64,000 bases of DNA from Macrostomum hystrix (GCA_950097015.1 CATNEN010000003.1:7750001-7814000), one strand, 5' to 3'. Positions 27,416-40,900 are shown, numbered from the stretch's first letter. Numbers and translations are program-made. The notes: a model not told the origin generated them from the sequence alone.

Positions 27416-29526
27416 TCAATTCTGTTCAGAGTTCAGTGTCTGTTGCAGAATTTTAATTAGCTTCTGAACTGTCGCCCTTGAGATCGGCTTGGATTCGGTG
27501 CAATTGTTTTCATTGTTGGAAATACCAACGTCTTTCGGTGCCAACGCGTGCTTGTGTTTGTTATCAAGAAGAGTGAAACCAGTTTGCTGATTGTGCTGCT
27601 CGGTTTGTTTAACTGCAGTCCGTTGCGGCATCACAATGAGCATTCTGTCTCGAACTGCGCATTGGTTGATTGTGGTTTGTACTTTAGAGAATGTTGTATT
27701 ACCAACATGTGCAATATATACTACTTGTAGACAGCTTTTAGCCCTAAGTTGGATTGCACCAGTACATGTACATTTCTGTACAGTATTATTACAGTACATT
27801 ATATTAGGGTAGGGAGAGTATGGCGTGAGGTTGTTGAAGTGTACATTCTAGTAGGGTAGGGAGAATATGCGTGAGGTTGTTGAAGTGTACATTCTAGTAG
27901 GGTAGGGAGAATATGCGTGAGGTTGTTGAAGTGTACATTCTAGTAGGGTAGGGAGAATATGCGTGAGGTTGTTGAAGTGTACATTTAGTAGGGTAGGGAG
28001 AGTATGGCGTGAGATTGTTCAAGTGTACATTCTATTAGGGTAGGGAGAGTATGGCGTGAGGTTGTTGAAGTGTACATTCTAGTAGGGTAGAGAGTATGCG
28101 TGTGGTTGTTGAAGTGTGCATTCTAGTAGGGTAGAGAGTATGCGTGAGGTTGTTGAAGTGTACATTCTAGTAGGGTAGAGAGTATGCGTGTGGTTGTTGA
28201 AGTGTGCATTCTAGTAGGGTAGAGAGTATGCGTGAGGTTGTTGAAGTGTACATTCTAGTAGGGTAGAGAGTATGCGTGAGGTTGTTGAAGTGTACATTCT
28301 AGTAGGTTAGAGAGTATGCGTGAGGTTGTTAAAGTGTACATTCTAGTAGGGTAGAGAGAGTATGCGTGAGGTTGTTGAAGTGTACATTCTAGTAGGGTAG
28401 AGAGTATGCGTGTGGTTGTTGAAGTGTGCATTCTAGTAGGGTAGAGAGTATGCGTGAGGTTGTTGAAGTGTACATTCTAGTAGGGTAGAGAGTATGCGTG
28501 AGGTTGTTGAAGTGTACATTCTAGTAGGTTAGAGAGTATGCGTGAGGTTGTTGAAGTGTACATTCTGTCGGGATAAAGCGGAAGGTTCCTCCATTTAAAG
28601 AATTCCTCTCCGAGTCCTATAAAGCTTGCTTATCAAAAGGTTTTAAATTTATGCAGGCAAGACATACCAATCTGTCCTGGATTTTTGAAAACTGATACTT
28701 TGCTAGCCGCGGCAACTGGAATACTCAGCTGTTTATTTGACGACGGACGATCACGCGAATTGTCGTCACTGGCGTAGGTGCTGCAACTGGACGGACTGAC
28801 GGAATGTCTGTGGCGTCTCGAAGGATTCGAAAGCAAAACTGACGATGCAGTATCTCCAGAGATTGATCCTTCTTGACCAGCAACCGGGGAAGGATTCTTC
28901 GAATCATCGTCAGCTCCGCTCTCGGTAGTTCTATCTTCAACAGACGTCGCAATAACCCGCTCAATCTTCTTTTGTTTTAGCCATGCTTTACATTCAGGAG
29001 ATGCTTCTGTGAATTGCTGCTGCTGCTGCTGCTGCGGTTGCGTCGAAGATGCCGAAACAGAAGCTGGCGATCTTTCAACAAAAATTTCTGAGCTAATGTG
29101 CGATTCCATGCTGCGATTACGACAAGACTGACAGTGAGCTGTAGCCAGCTGCTTCGTCAGAATGGCTTTCACTTCGTCAAGTCGGTTCAGGATCTGCGTT
29201 ATGTAATCCTCCGACTTATTGGTATCAACTCTGTTGCTTAAGTTCTGAGTATAGGCCGACTGTGAAATCTGCTCTACTAGCTGCTGCTGCTGCTGCTGTT
29301 GAACCCTCGTAGATTGCAGGCCAGATGGAAGAATAAATGTGGAACTCCTGTTGCTGACTGATTTCTCTTTCAAACTGGATGTTTCATCTTCAGTGACGGC
29401 TCCGTCAGATGATGTGGTGTCGTAGATGCAGATCACACGACCGTTGCAGCGTTTGTGAAGGCGGTAGGTTTTTGGTTGAGGAATTGGTGCCATTGTCTGG
29501 CCAGAACTGTTGTTCTTGTTGGGCAT
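27416..29526 (-). CDS. Hypothetical S/Q-rich, largely low-complexity protein; 2 exons, about 374 aa
   Basis: Long non-repeat ORF with ATG at 29526. Donor ATT G|GTATGT at 28668 and acceptor TCTCTAAAG|TA at 27681 join in phase 1 to the second ORF ending at 27416. The intron contains a minisatellite. No recognised domain. Confidence 0.6.
27807..28566. repeat. 44-46-bp minisatellite related to the 49-bp repeat at 25370
   Basis: Unit GGGTAGAGAGTATGCGTGAGGTTGTTGAAGTGTACATTCTAGTA, about 17 copies. Confidence 0.93.
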
Positions 29527-30124
29527 TTTATACAATCGGCTTGTCAAGCTAGTAACTACTTGATTACCCGGTTAGGACAATAGTTAAATTTTTTGAAGTA
29601 ATGATGTTGCGTAATTTGCACGCTAAAGATTTGCCATAGACTTGTTTTATGATGAATCAGATTACTTGGCGTCATTAAAAATACGTTTTCTGATTTATAA
29701 AGACAATGAAGTGTAATGATTTCAGATCATATTTTTACTTAATCTACTTAACTATGTCCAGCTCGTTATGGTTTCTTCCTGAATTACTTGTACTCACCAC
29801 AGCATGTTCATGTCCTGAGCCCTCTACTCACTCACTCTCCTATCCCCTCTCATTTGTATTTTGTATTTAGGATTGATTCAATAGTATAATTTCATTTTTC
29901 GCTGAATCTCTCGACGATGCTGACATCGGACAACTCTGATCGTTAGTTGATCAACAAATGACAATGAGAGGTATCGAAGGTGAGCCATTCTAATCTAATC
30001 TGCACTCTAAAAACCATTAGCTCACTCAGAATCAATCACTTATTTTTCTGGTGTCTATTTTGTTTGCCCAATCGACATTGGTAGATAAAGAAGTGATTCT
30101 GCGCGATAGCCCACTATTACTTTT

Positions 30125-30130
<6 letters not shown>

Positions 30131-30156
<26 letters not shown>

Positions 30157-30509
30157 TGCAGGAGGGCTGCGAGCAGTGCACATCGTTTGGTGACACTAGA
30201 CCCGCAGCCAGCGAGGAGGCAATTCTGCCCATTTCGCTGACTCCTGAGCACACACGCACACAGATACTGTACGCAGGCACATGCTCACACAGGTGTGTAC
30301 ATCTGCCCTGACTTTCTCATCGTCAGGCAGTGTACACTCTCACTGTGCCTTGGAGGTTGGCCCTCAAGGGCGTAAATTGCACGACAAGCCCCCAAGCCTT
30401 CTCTCCGCGGCTGCGCCCCAAATAAATGTGGCCTCGCCGTGGAATCGAACTTAGGGACCTTGGTGCGAGAGGCAAACGCGTTAACCGCTTTGCCACCGAC
30501 CCCCCCCCC
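30131..30509 (-). mobile_element. tRNA-derived SINE family A, full-length, 13-bp TSD
   Basis: Minus-strand head GGGGTCGGTGGCAAAGCGGTTAACGCG...GTTCGATTCC (A/B boxes) and (TTA)n tail. TSD TACTTTTACATTA at 30118-30130 and 30510-30522. Confidence 0.9.
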
Positions 30510-30799
30510 TACTTTTACATTAGGACATTCATGCTTTTTTCAAGCCGTCAGACTGTCAAAGTCCGCAGGAAGAAAACAATGAAACGTGACCAGACTAATT
30601 TCAATGTTTATTTGTTATAGTAACAGATTTAAAAATCTTTTTTTAATAAAAAGTTAGTTTTTGTGAAAATTGAGCAGCAAACAAAGAGCAGAGAGTTTCT
30701 TATAATGAACTGATTTCTTTTAAAACACGGATGTCGTAAAATTCGCGTAAAGTTTTAAACGACTTTCAAATGGATGAAATTCGCGGTTTAAAAAACTTG

Positions 30800-32949
30800 T
30801 TAGCCATATCGCCCTGATCCTAGAAGATGACCAGACAGTTCTGAAATGAATGAATCGTTTTTTAATAATTTGCAACAATTTTTTTTATTAATTCAATAAC
30901 CAATGAAAAAACTGACACTCGATTGGAAAAAATCGCGTACCAATTCCGTAAGCGACCACTTCGCACAGCTCAAGCACGGCTGGCACTGCTTTGTCGCGGA
31001 CAGAGCAACTTCTCATAGCAACTGAGACCACATTGGCTTTCACATCACCGCAGTCAAATGAGACGCTCTCAGTGCTCAGATGTGAGCTGTCTATTATTGT
31101 TCTGCAGCTGCTGTTGCCGGCTGTGACCTCGATGATTCGACAAGGCGACTTCGGTTTCGTCTCGGCATCTGTTGGTGATGTTGTTGGCACGGCTGGTTCT
31201 GAGCAGTACTCCAGGTGAACTTGGCCTATGTTGTAGGCACGCGAGAGATGACCACGCCAACTGCTATTGACAAGCTTCTCATTGTTGAAGATTGCTGCTT
31301 TTGGCTGGCAGGAACTGCTTAGCAGCCTGACTGAACTGACAGATTTTGACATCGATTGTCGCGATTGTCGACAGGATGTGAAATTTAACAGTCGATTGTC
31401 TGTTGTGGGAGATCAGTAAAATTATTATCAATGATGTACTCATAATGAAGGAACGGTGGATGGTGTCACATCAATCACATTCACTTCTAGTGTAGCCACG
31501 CAGAGAAGGCTTGGGGCTTGTCGTTAAATTTACTCCCTAATTAGGGGCTTAAATCATAAAAGCTCGGTAAAAGTGAGCACACAGCCTGACGATGAGAAAG
31601 TCAGGGCAGGTGTAAACACATGTGTGAGTTTGTGTAAAAAAAAACAAGTAACCACCGGCTTCGTCTAAATTATAGTTTTTTTGTTTTAATTGCCGATGTT
31701 CGAGTTATTCATACCGGTGTCGACCACACGAAGGCCACAAATTGGCCGCGTTTCTATGGCCTGCCACTCCGTCGCAGAGTTATCCGTCGTCGGAGCCACA
31801 GCAGGCGTCGTAGTCGATGCCATCGTCGTTGTCTCCTCGGCGGACCGGATTCCAACAACGATCGCGCCGACTCTATTGCCGGCTCCAACGGCGCCGCAGT
31901 TGAATATCCCGATGTAGGTGCCAAGCTGTTCAAGGCGACAGGGGCGCTGCGGCTCGTTGAAATCCCAGGACCGACTGGCGACGAAGATAGTCTCAGGCAA
32001 GGCTCCATCTCGACTATCAATGTCGCGTTTCATGAGGCTGCCTTTGATGACAACGCGTTGAAGACCAACTGGCCGATTGAAGTTACCAAGCCATATCCAT
32101 CTGGTTGAATCTCGTCTGGGACAATCCACCGGGTAGCCGCTGTAGATTTTCCAACAATCGGCATCGTCGCTTGGCAACTCGCTAGCAGCGGACTCGTCGA
32201 GCTCCAGTTCCGCATGTTGATTTCGGAGCCGAAGGGAAAGTGGCGACACAGTTCCCTGAGTTGTGCCTTTCGAGTCGGGCGTCGATTTTCGTTTGTGTTC
32301 GTCGATCCAACGACACGACTTAAAGGCCAGGGTGGCTGCAGGCAGGAAACGTTCAGTGTTAGGCAGAATAGGTGTTAGATAGGACAGGTGTTAGACAGGT
32401 GTTAGATAGGACAGGTGTTAGACAGGAAAGGTGGTAGACAGGACAGGTGTTAGACAGAACAGGTGTTAGACAGAACAGGTGTTAAATAGGACAGGTGTTA
32501 GACAGCACAAGGTGTTAGACAGGACAGGTGGTAGACAGGACAGGTGTTAGACAGAACAGGTGTTAGATAGAACATGTGTTAGACTGAAAATGTGTTAGAC
32601 AGGACACGTGTTAGACAGGACACGTGCTAGACAGGACAGAAGTTAGCCAGGTGTTAGATAGGTGTTAGACAGGTGTTAGACAGAACAGGTGTTAGACAGG
32701 TGTTAGACAGAACAGGTGTTAGACAGTTGTTAGACAGGACAGGTGCTAGACAGAACAGGTGTTAGACAGGACACGTGTTAGACAGGACAGGTGTTAGACA
32801 GGTCAGGTGTTAGATAGATGGGGATAAAAGTATTTAAAATAAAAAAACGTAATGCAACACTTACTGAACTCAGGCATTGATTCAGCCATAGCAAATTGAA
32901 GTTCACACAAAATAAAAGAGGCAATAAGAGATATAATAAAAATCTTCAT
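30800..32949 (-). CDS. Secreted protein with two divergent F-type lectin / F5-8 type C-like domains; 4 exons, about 401 aa
   Basis: Exons 32949-32865, 32335-31715, 31399-30941, 30840-30800; all phase-1 GT-AG introns, total 1206 nt. Signal peptide MKIFIISLIASFILCELQFAMA. Repeated SC..W.G.....V....ICGLRV / LCEVVAYG pattern resembles the fucolectin fold; domain call is inferred. Confidence 0.75.
31495..31635 (+). mobile_element. SINE family A internal fragment in intron 2 of the secreted-protein gene
   Basis: GAGAAGGCTTGGGGCTTGTCGT...GCCTGACGATGAGAAAGTCAGGGCAG matches the SINE A body. Confidence 0.7.
32355..32815. repeat. 16-bp minisatellite (GTGTTAGACAGGACAG) filling intron 1 of the secreted-protein gene
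   Basis: Tandem units with 11-bp variants. Confidence 0.9.
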
Positions 32950-33887
32950 TGTCTTTTTTCGTATTTTGTTGAAGATTTTTAGAAGATGTTGAAAGCAGCG
33001 AAACATAGTTCCACATCATATTTATAATATTTGCTGTTTTTGATAATTATATGTTTCCTCATCGCATTTGTTTTTCGTTAACAACAGTTGACCCCACGTG
33101 ACCCCAAAAAAGACAGCGAACATTGCAAGGCTAAAAATGCATTCAGAACAACGTCCAAGCAAAAGCTATAAAACACTGTTTCTCATAGTATAACAAATAT
33201 GACCATAGAAACGACCGATTTAATCTCACGGTCGATATGAAACCGTTTATTTTGCTTTGCTTATTAAAATGTTTTTTCGAGATTTTTCTTAGACTATACC
33301 CTGAGCACTGTGTTTTTTTCATGGATAGGGTTTTTCCGTTACATCGACACACCTGTAATTAAAGTGTAAAAAATAACAAAAAAATTGCGAGGCGTGAGAA
33401 AGCTTACATTGTTCTACTAAATTTAGAAAACATTGGCTGGATTTTTTGGTTTGACTATAAGGCAACTAGATTAAACTACTTTTTGCATCTGAAACTAGTC
33501 AGTAGAGTAATGCGCATTTTAGAATTTTAAAGCAATTTCATGCTACTGATGAGTAGTAGTCTTATAAAATTCATTAATTATCTAATGAGTTTTGTCTTAT
33601 TTACGAATAAAAACATGATGTACACGCGCACAACTCGAACAATAAAGTATATTTAATAACTTTACCTTCCTTTAAGTGTTACAAAGTCCCATTTGTTGAA
33701 AATTTTGTTTTTAGAACACCCGGTATAAAATTGGCCTCACAAATAGTTAAAAAAATTTAGACCTCGTACTAGCCAATCAAACGCAAGCTCAATTCCCCAG
33801 ACTAAATTTCTTCATCCCGCGCTCCCTAATAAAAAAATGGGAAGAAATGTCCCAAAAACAATAGTGTATGCTGAAGAGATAAAAAAC

Positions 33888-36800
33888 ATGGCGAGCGAGC
33901 TCATGACGGCACTCATCTACGGAATTTGGTTAGCAAATTTTGTCATCGTTGCAGGTAAAATTATTTTCTCGAAATGAAAATTCTGGCTAAAATTTTCCAC
34001 TCTCTCCGATAAAACAACTTCTAGAATTATAAAGCATCACCATCGTCGAGATATTCAACGATTCTCGTCGGGTGTTTGGCGGCAAAAGCCGTAATTTTTC
34101 TGCTCACAAAATGTCATCATGTAACCATGTCGTCTATAATTGTTGATAATATTGCATTGATTATATTGTTTATTATGTCTATATTACATCACCAAAATGG
34201 GTTCGCCGTATACTCTCTATCTCTATCTATTTGCAGGGGGGCCCGGGGCACTTGTCGCACAAGCGACGGAGCGGCACGCCCCCAGACCGGCGAACTAGGC
34301 GCTTTTGCGCCCATCGCGCCGCCTCCCCTGAGCAGGCACCACACACAGCAGCACAGACCAGCCGGGGAGGGCAGGAGGCACCCAGAATAGGCAGCAGTGT
34401 CCCCCACCCAGCCCCACACGCACATAGCAGACCAAGCCGGGGCGGAAGGCTGATAAGAAATCAGTCCTCAGGGGGGGGCCGGGTGATGAGTGTACACTTA
34501 TCCAATCGCGCTGACGAAAGTCCAGAAAGCGCGCGGCGGTGTACACCCGCCCTCCAGCCACCCCCGCAAGGTCTAACGCCCCAGCGCCAACGCACACAAC
34601 TCACACAACGCAGAACAGGCACACAGAAGGTAGGAGCGAAGCTATTATTTCAAGCTTTGATTGCACGAAATATGGTGCACCTCCGCCAGTCGCTACTGTC
34701 CAAACCCTCCAACAGGTCCCGAAATTAATCGTGACTTGAAAGGTGAATCGAACTAGCGTCCTTTGGAGTGCGAGGCAGCGACTTTAGCCGCCGACCCACT
34801 CGCCCCCTTCGCCGTATACAGAGAATTGTTAGTTTTCATTGTCACAAGGATCTTCGACAATACTCGTAATCGCTGAATATCTCGACGATGTTGACATCGG
34901 ACGTTGTTAAATGACATTTTTTTGAATGTGACCCAATTTGGCTAGGTGTAATTTCTGTTCGGTTTTTTGGTTGAATTTGTTATTACTGTTATCATATTAA
35001 TTTTCAGACTGCCAGGCCTTCTTTCTGGTGCCCAAGAACAAGCCGGCTAAATTGTCCACAAACTATGTGCCTAACGAGAATCCAGCCCTGGCTAATAACG
35101 GCGATCGAAGTGGCACCTATCAGGCTGGTGTCGCTTGTTTTCACTCAAGCCCAACCGATCTAGGACCTTGGTGGCTATTGGACATGGGCCAGACCTACCT
35201 AATCAGTGGGGCTAGCGTCTGGAATCGCTTAGATAACGACTGTGCGCCTCGATTTAAAAGCGTCGGCCTTGGTAAGTACATTAGCGTGAACGAAACGATA
35301 ACAAATTAACGCACAAATTGGATTGGCTAAAGACTCGGATTGGACTGTTGCTATTTTTAGAAACCGTTTGAGGGAATACCAAACTGCCACCCCAGGCAGG
35401 CGCAAGCACGTGACGTAGCTAAGCCAATGAAATTTAAAAGCTTATAAAATCAGTTTTTTTTCAATGACTTAAAATTACAAAAAGTACTACTTCGTACTTG
35501 TATCTATTTGATTATTCCAATTTATTATATTTTATCTAAAGTACTACCAGACTTAATCTATGAATTAATTCTGCACTTTTAGAATTGTAACGAAAATCTT
35601 AGATTGGGCACGATTTATTAATTAGAATCTGTAAATAATTCGTTGATGAATTTTAAGTGCCTATAAACTTGATTAGAAAAGATATTTTTCTACATGTCCA
35701 GCACCGCAGCCCTGGACTGGCGACAGTTCAGGGTGCTAGACCACCTCCTTCAGTGTTGGGTCTCCATCCAGCGGTTGATGTTGGAGTTGACCACAGAAAC
35801 GGGGATCGGGGCCTCCGGGCCCGTGCCCAACAGGGAGCTGGCTGCGCCAGCCTTTGCAAGCTGGTCCGCCATCTCATTCCCTGTGAGCCCGGCGTGCCCA
35901 GGGATCCACATCAGCTCCACCTTGTTAGACTGTGCCAATCCGTTCAACTGGGTGTGGCAGTCTAAGGTGGTTCTGGAGCGAGAGGTGCAGCGGCTGAGGG
36001 CCTTGAGGGCTGCTTGACTGTCGGAGTGAAAAAAGATCCTTCGTCCAGTCAGCTGCCTCTGGCGCAGTTCAGCCGCACAGAGACTGATGGCGAGCATTTC
36101 GTTTTGGAAAACGCTAGAGCTCTTGCCACAGTGTTGGGAGTGGGTCCAGAGGACCTCAACTCCCGAGGCGACGGACACTCCGAATCCCGATTTGCCGTTC
36201 ATCAGAGAGCCGTCAGTGAAGCAGTGGACCGCTGGGTCATCCCAGCAGTCTTTTACCTCATTACGAGGGAGGATGCTGACCTTGTACCTGTGGCTCCTGA
36301 GTAAAGTGGCCGGGGCCCCGTCCGAGAGGATGGTGAGCCCTCCACACTCGCCCAGAGTTTTCAGGCAAAGGTCAGAGTGAGGCAGAAGGGAGCGCTTCGG
36401 CAAGGCTCGAACTTTCTGGAAGGAGATCCCCGCATCTAGAAGACGCCGGGTGGACTTAGCCGCTTCCCCTTTGATAAAAATGTCAATGGGAGTAGCGTTG
36501 AGGAAAGCATTCATGCCTTCGAAGGGAGTGGAGGGTGGGGCGCCCAGCGTCATACGACAGGCTCTGCCCTGCACCCTATAAAGCGCCTCCTGGTTTTTCT
36601 GGATGCCCATGGCGCTGGCCCAGATGAGGCCAGCGTACGCAACGGACGGTCTGATGATCGCCGTGTAAATCCACCAAAGGTTCTTGGGGGTTAGCCCCCA
36701 CGTGGTGCCCACGGCACGCCTGACTTGCGCCAGTATGGCCAGGGCCCTCTTGGCCTTTGTGGTGATGTGCGGGGTCCAGTTAAGCCTATGGTCTAGCATG

Positions 36801-39800
36801 AGACCATGGCACCGGACCTGCTTTTCCAAGGCAATATTCTTGCCATAGAGAGTCAGAGGCTTAATGGTCCAGAGCAGTCTGCTGGTAAACATAATCGCAA
36901 CGGTCTTGGACTCAGAGAGTCGGAGCCCGCATTGGTCCGCCCAGCGCACCGCCCTGTTGATAAAGCCCTGAATGAGGTCCCTGGTGGTTTCCGCCGAGGG
37001 GCCCGCGCAGATGGCGGTCACATCGTCGGCATATCCCACCTTCAGGACCGGGTCAGGACGAGAGCATTTCAGCCGCTCATCCATGACGAGGTTCCACAGC
37101 AGTGGAGTGAGGACGCCGCCTTGGGGCCCTCCTTTCAGGACCGGTGCCGAGAGCAACCTGCCTTCGAGGTGGGCCACCACATGGCGATGCCGGATCATGT
37201 ACATGACCCAGCGAACGAGGTGGGGATGAGTGGCCCTGGAAACCAGGGCCTCCTCAAAGGCCTCGAAGACAACGTTATCGAAGGCCCCCTCGATGTCTAG
37301 GAAGACAGCCAGGGCGAAACCACTGCCCAGCAGTGGAATCGAATGCCTGTTTAAGGTAGATTTTCACTCAATAGTTCACTCAAAGAGCTTTTACCACCGA
37401 ATAACACAGGAGTGACCAATAATCCAACAATTTGGACAACATTCAGCATCGAACTACTGGACCTATGTCAATTTAGAACTGACTCGCCGACTGTAGCAAA
37501 TAATCCGGTGAATTTCACCTGCTCCAGGCCGACTACCGGACGATATTTGACTATTTATAAAATTCTGGCTGGCTTAGATCCGTCTCTGGTGGACTTTCAC
37601 TTCTGTGAAGTGGATGTCTATGCCTGTGAGAGCATTGAAAACTCAGCTGGAAACCAAAGTTCGATTTCCCAGCTCATTGAAATCCCGATCCTGTGAAATT
37701 CCAATCCTACGGAATCCTTATCGTACAGAATCCCAATCCTACGGAATCCCAATCCTACGGAATCCCAATCCTACGGAATCCCAAATCCAACGGAATGCCA
37801 ATCCTACGGAATGCCAATCCTACGGAATCCCAATCCTACGGAGAGCCAATCCTACGGAATTCCAATCCTACGGAATTCCAATCCTACGGAATCCCAATCA
37901 TTTGGAATCCCAATCCTACGGAATGCCAATCCAACGGAATCCCAATCCTACGGAATCCCAATCCTACGGAATCCCAATCCTGCGGAATCCCAATCCTACG
38001 GAATCCCAATCCTACGGAATCCCAAATCCAACGGAATGCCAATCCTACGGAATCCCAATCCTACGGAATCCCAATGCTACGGAGAGCCAATCCTACGGAA
38101 TCCCAATCCTACGGAATCCCAATCCTACGGAATCCCAATCCTACGGAATGCCAATCCTACTTAGAGCCAATCCTACGGAATCCCAATCCTACGGAATGCC
38201 AATCCTGCGGAATCCCAATCCTACGGAATCCCAATCCTACGGAATGCCAATCCTACGGAATCCCAATCCTACGGAGAGCCAATCCTACGGAATCCCAATC
38301 CTACGGAATCCCAATCATTTGGAATCCCAATCCTACGGAATGCCAATCCTACGGAATGCCAAATCCAACGGAATGCCAATCCTACGGAATCCTAATCCTA
38401 CGGAATCCCAATCCTACGGAGAGCCAATCCTACGGAATCCCAATCCTACGGAATCCCAAATCCTACGGAATCCCAATCCTACGGAGAGCCAATCCTACGG
38501 AATCCCAATCCTACGGAGAGCCAATCCTACGGAATCCCAATCCTACGGAGAGCCAATCCTACGGAATCCCAATCCTACGGAATCCCAATCATTTGGAATC
38601 CCAATCCTACGGAATGCCAATCCTACGGAATGCCAATCCTACGGAATCCCAATCCTACGGAGAGCCAATCCTACGGAATTCCAATCCTACGGAATCCCAA
38701 TCCTACGGAATCCCAATCCTACGGAATCCCAATCCTACGGAATGCCAATCCTCCGGAATCCCAATCATTTGGAATCCCAATCCTACGGAATCCCAATGCT
38801 ACGGAGAGCCAATCCTACGGAATCCCAATCCTACGGAGAGCCAATCCTACGGAATTCCAATCCTACGGAATCCCAATCCTACGGAATGCCAATCCTGCGG
38901 AATCCCAATCCTACGGAATCCCAATCCTACGGAATCCCAATCCTACGGAATCCCAATCCTACGGAATGCCAATCCTACTTAGAGCCAATCCTACGGAATC
39001 CCAATCCTACGGAATGCCAATCCTGCGGAATCCCAATCCTACGGAATCCCAATCCTACGGAATGCCAATCCTACGGAATCCCAATCCTACGGAATGCCAA
39101 TCCTACGGAATCCCAATCCTACGGAATCCCAAATCCAACGGAATGCCAATCCTACGGAATCCCAATCCTACGGAATCCCAATGCTACGGAGAGCCAATCC
39201 TACGGAATCCCAATCCTACGGAATGCCAATCCTACGGAATCCCAATCCTACGGAATCCCAAATCCAACGGAATGCCAATCCTACGGAATCCCAATCCTAC
39301 GGAATCCCAATGCTACGGAGAGCCAATCCTACGGAATCCCAATCCTACGGAATGCCAATCCTACGGAATCCCAATCCTACGGAATCCCAAATCCAACGGA
39401 ATGCCAATCCTACGGAATCCCAATCCTACGGAATACCAATCCTACGGAATGCCAATCCTTTAAAATCCCTATCTTACGGAATCCCAAATTCTAGGGAATC
39501 AAAATCCCAATTCAACGAAATCCCGACTCTTTGAAACTCTATTTCTTTCCTTGATCGTGAAAACATTTTAGTTACCAAGGTCGACTACTTCTCTACAGTC
39601 GCGCAAACTTCCCCAAGCTTCTTGGCGACATCGAGTAGTTTGTTGACGAATTCACCCGCAAAAATTCGTTCCGAGTTGGAGTGCATTATTCAGTGCGGCT
39701 CTCATCCGACCTGTCTGTATGCCCTAGCTCGCCTGAGCAGTCAAGACTGCTGGCTGTTTTCATCGTTCAACATTCCCACCAGTTTTGCCAGTTTTTTCAA

Positions 39801-39858
39801 CGCTAGCCAGGACACGAAGTTTTTGGCTATGTTCGACGGACGCCTTTCAAAGCCTTAA
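33888..39858 (+). CDS. Secreted F-type lectin (fucolectin) with C-terminal PAN/apple-like domain; 4 exons, about 277 aa
   Basis: Exons 33888-33954, 35008-35271, 37410-37625, 39572-39858; all phase-1 GT-AG, 834 nt. Signal peptide. ALANNG..CFHS..PWWLLDMG..NRLDNDCAPR fucose-site motif, GRYLTIYK, HFCEVDVY. C-terminal SELECIIQC....TC......DCWLF PAN-like Cys pattern. Confidence 0.88.
34214..34807 (-). mobile_element. tRNA-headed SINE family B (about 594 bp), 12-bp TSD, in lectin intron 1
   Basis: TSD TTCGCCGTATAC at 34202-34213 and 34808-34819. Minus head GGGGGCGAGTGGGTCGGCGGCTAAAG...GTTCGATTCACC; (ATAG/AG)n tail; GC-rich body. Confidence 0.85.
35693..37335 (-). mobile_element. Non-LTR retrotransposon fragment (LOA/R1-like; RT C-terminal half + RNase H), antisense in lectin intron 2
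   Basis: ORF 35750-37204 extends upstream to FLDIEGAFDNV. Motifs PQGGVLTPLLW, YADD, TWGLTPKNLWWIYTAIIRP, FTDGS, HSDSQAAL, WIPGH..GNEMAD. Truncated at both ends; premature TGA at 35750. Confidence 0.93.
37697..39530. repeat. 16-bp minisatellite (GGAATCCCAATCCTAC) filling lectin intron 3
   Basis: More than 100 units. The unit has no + strand stop in any frame, which produces the 629/429/277-aa pseudo-ORFs. Confidence 0.95.
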
Positions 39859-39999
39859 ACTAACAACCGTTGGAATGTTTGTGCTCAGCTGTGAAATCTT
39901 ACGTGTTTCGTGTAGTTATAAGAATTTACTGTTTCTAATAATCTACTGCGTTTTAAGTACAGTAAATTATAGTTAATAGTAACTTTATTTATATTATTC

Positions 40000-40900
40000 T
40001 ACAGAGTTTCTAAGAATCAAATAGTTTTTAAAAAATGGAACTTATTTCTAAGAATGTGCCTTCTTTTTAATAATATCTTTTTTCTAAGGATGTACCTTAT
40101 CATTCAATAATGTACCTTATTTTTAGGAATGTACTTAAATTTTGAGAATCTACCTTTTTCCTAAGAATTTACTGTATTTTTTGGAATCTACTGTTTCTAA
40201 TCTAATCAAATCTACTAATTTTTCTAGAAAGAAATTTGCATCTATACGTTGTACTCGTATTTCTATGAATTTTGCTTCTGTCACTCTTTTCATTCTTCTA
40301 TCTTCTATCATTCTCATCATTAGTTTTTAGGAATCAAACGTGTTTCTAGGAATATACTAGGAATATCTTATTTTTTAAATCTGTATTTCAAAAAATCAAT
40401 CGTGTTTCTAACCAGCTCCTGCGCTTTAAAGAATCTACTGTTTCTCTGAATCTTCAGCTTTTACGATTCTATTGTTTTTCTAAGAATCTATTGTTTTTCT
40501 AAGAATCTATTGTATTTCTAAGGATCTATTGTATTTATAAGAATATATTTTTACGAATCTACTGTGTTTCAAAGAATCAATCGTGTTTCTAAAAAGCTTC
40601 TGTATTTATAAGAAGCTACAATTTGCCTCTAAGACTATGTCTACTATGTTTCTAAGAATCGAGATCGTTTCTAAGAAACTGCAGTTTCGAATAGTCTACT
40701 GAATTTCTTATAATTTACTGACTCTGAGAATTTACTGTGCTTTTTTTCATTATTTTTGTTTCCTGTGTGTGTTTCTAAGTGGTAATTTTTGTGTTTCTAA
40801 GAATCTACAGTGTTTCTCAGAATCTACTGTGTTTCTAAGAAGCTACAGTGCTTCTTAGAATACATCGTGTTTTATGTTTCTTTGAATCTATTTAATTCTT
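40000..40900. repeat. Degenerate ~19-20-bp repeat (TTTCTAAGAATCTACTGTG)
   Basis: Recurrent TTCTAAGAATCTA cores, heavily diverged. Confidence 0.7.

Noticed and set aside
37605-39534. 629-aa and overlapping repetitive ORFs as a structural or adhesive protein
   Set aside because: A stop-free 16-bp unit is open in all three frames, and it is bounded by a good donor (37626) and acceptor (39571) that join lectin exons in phase.
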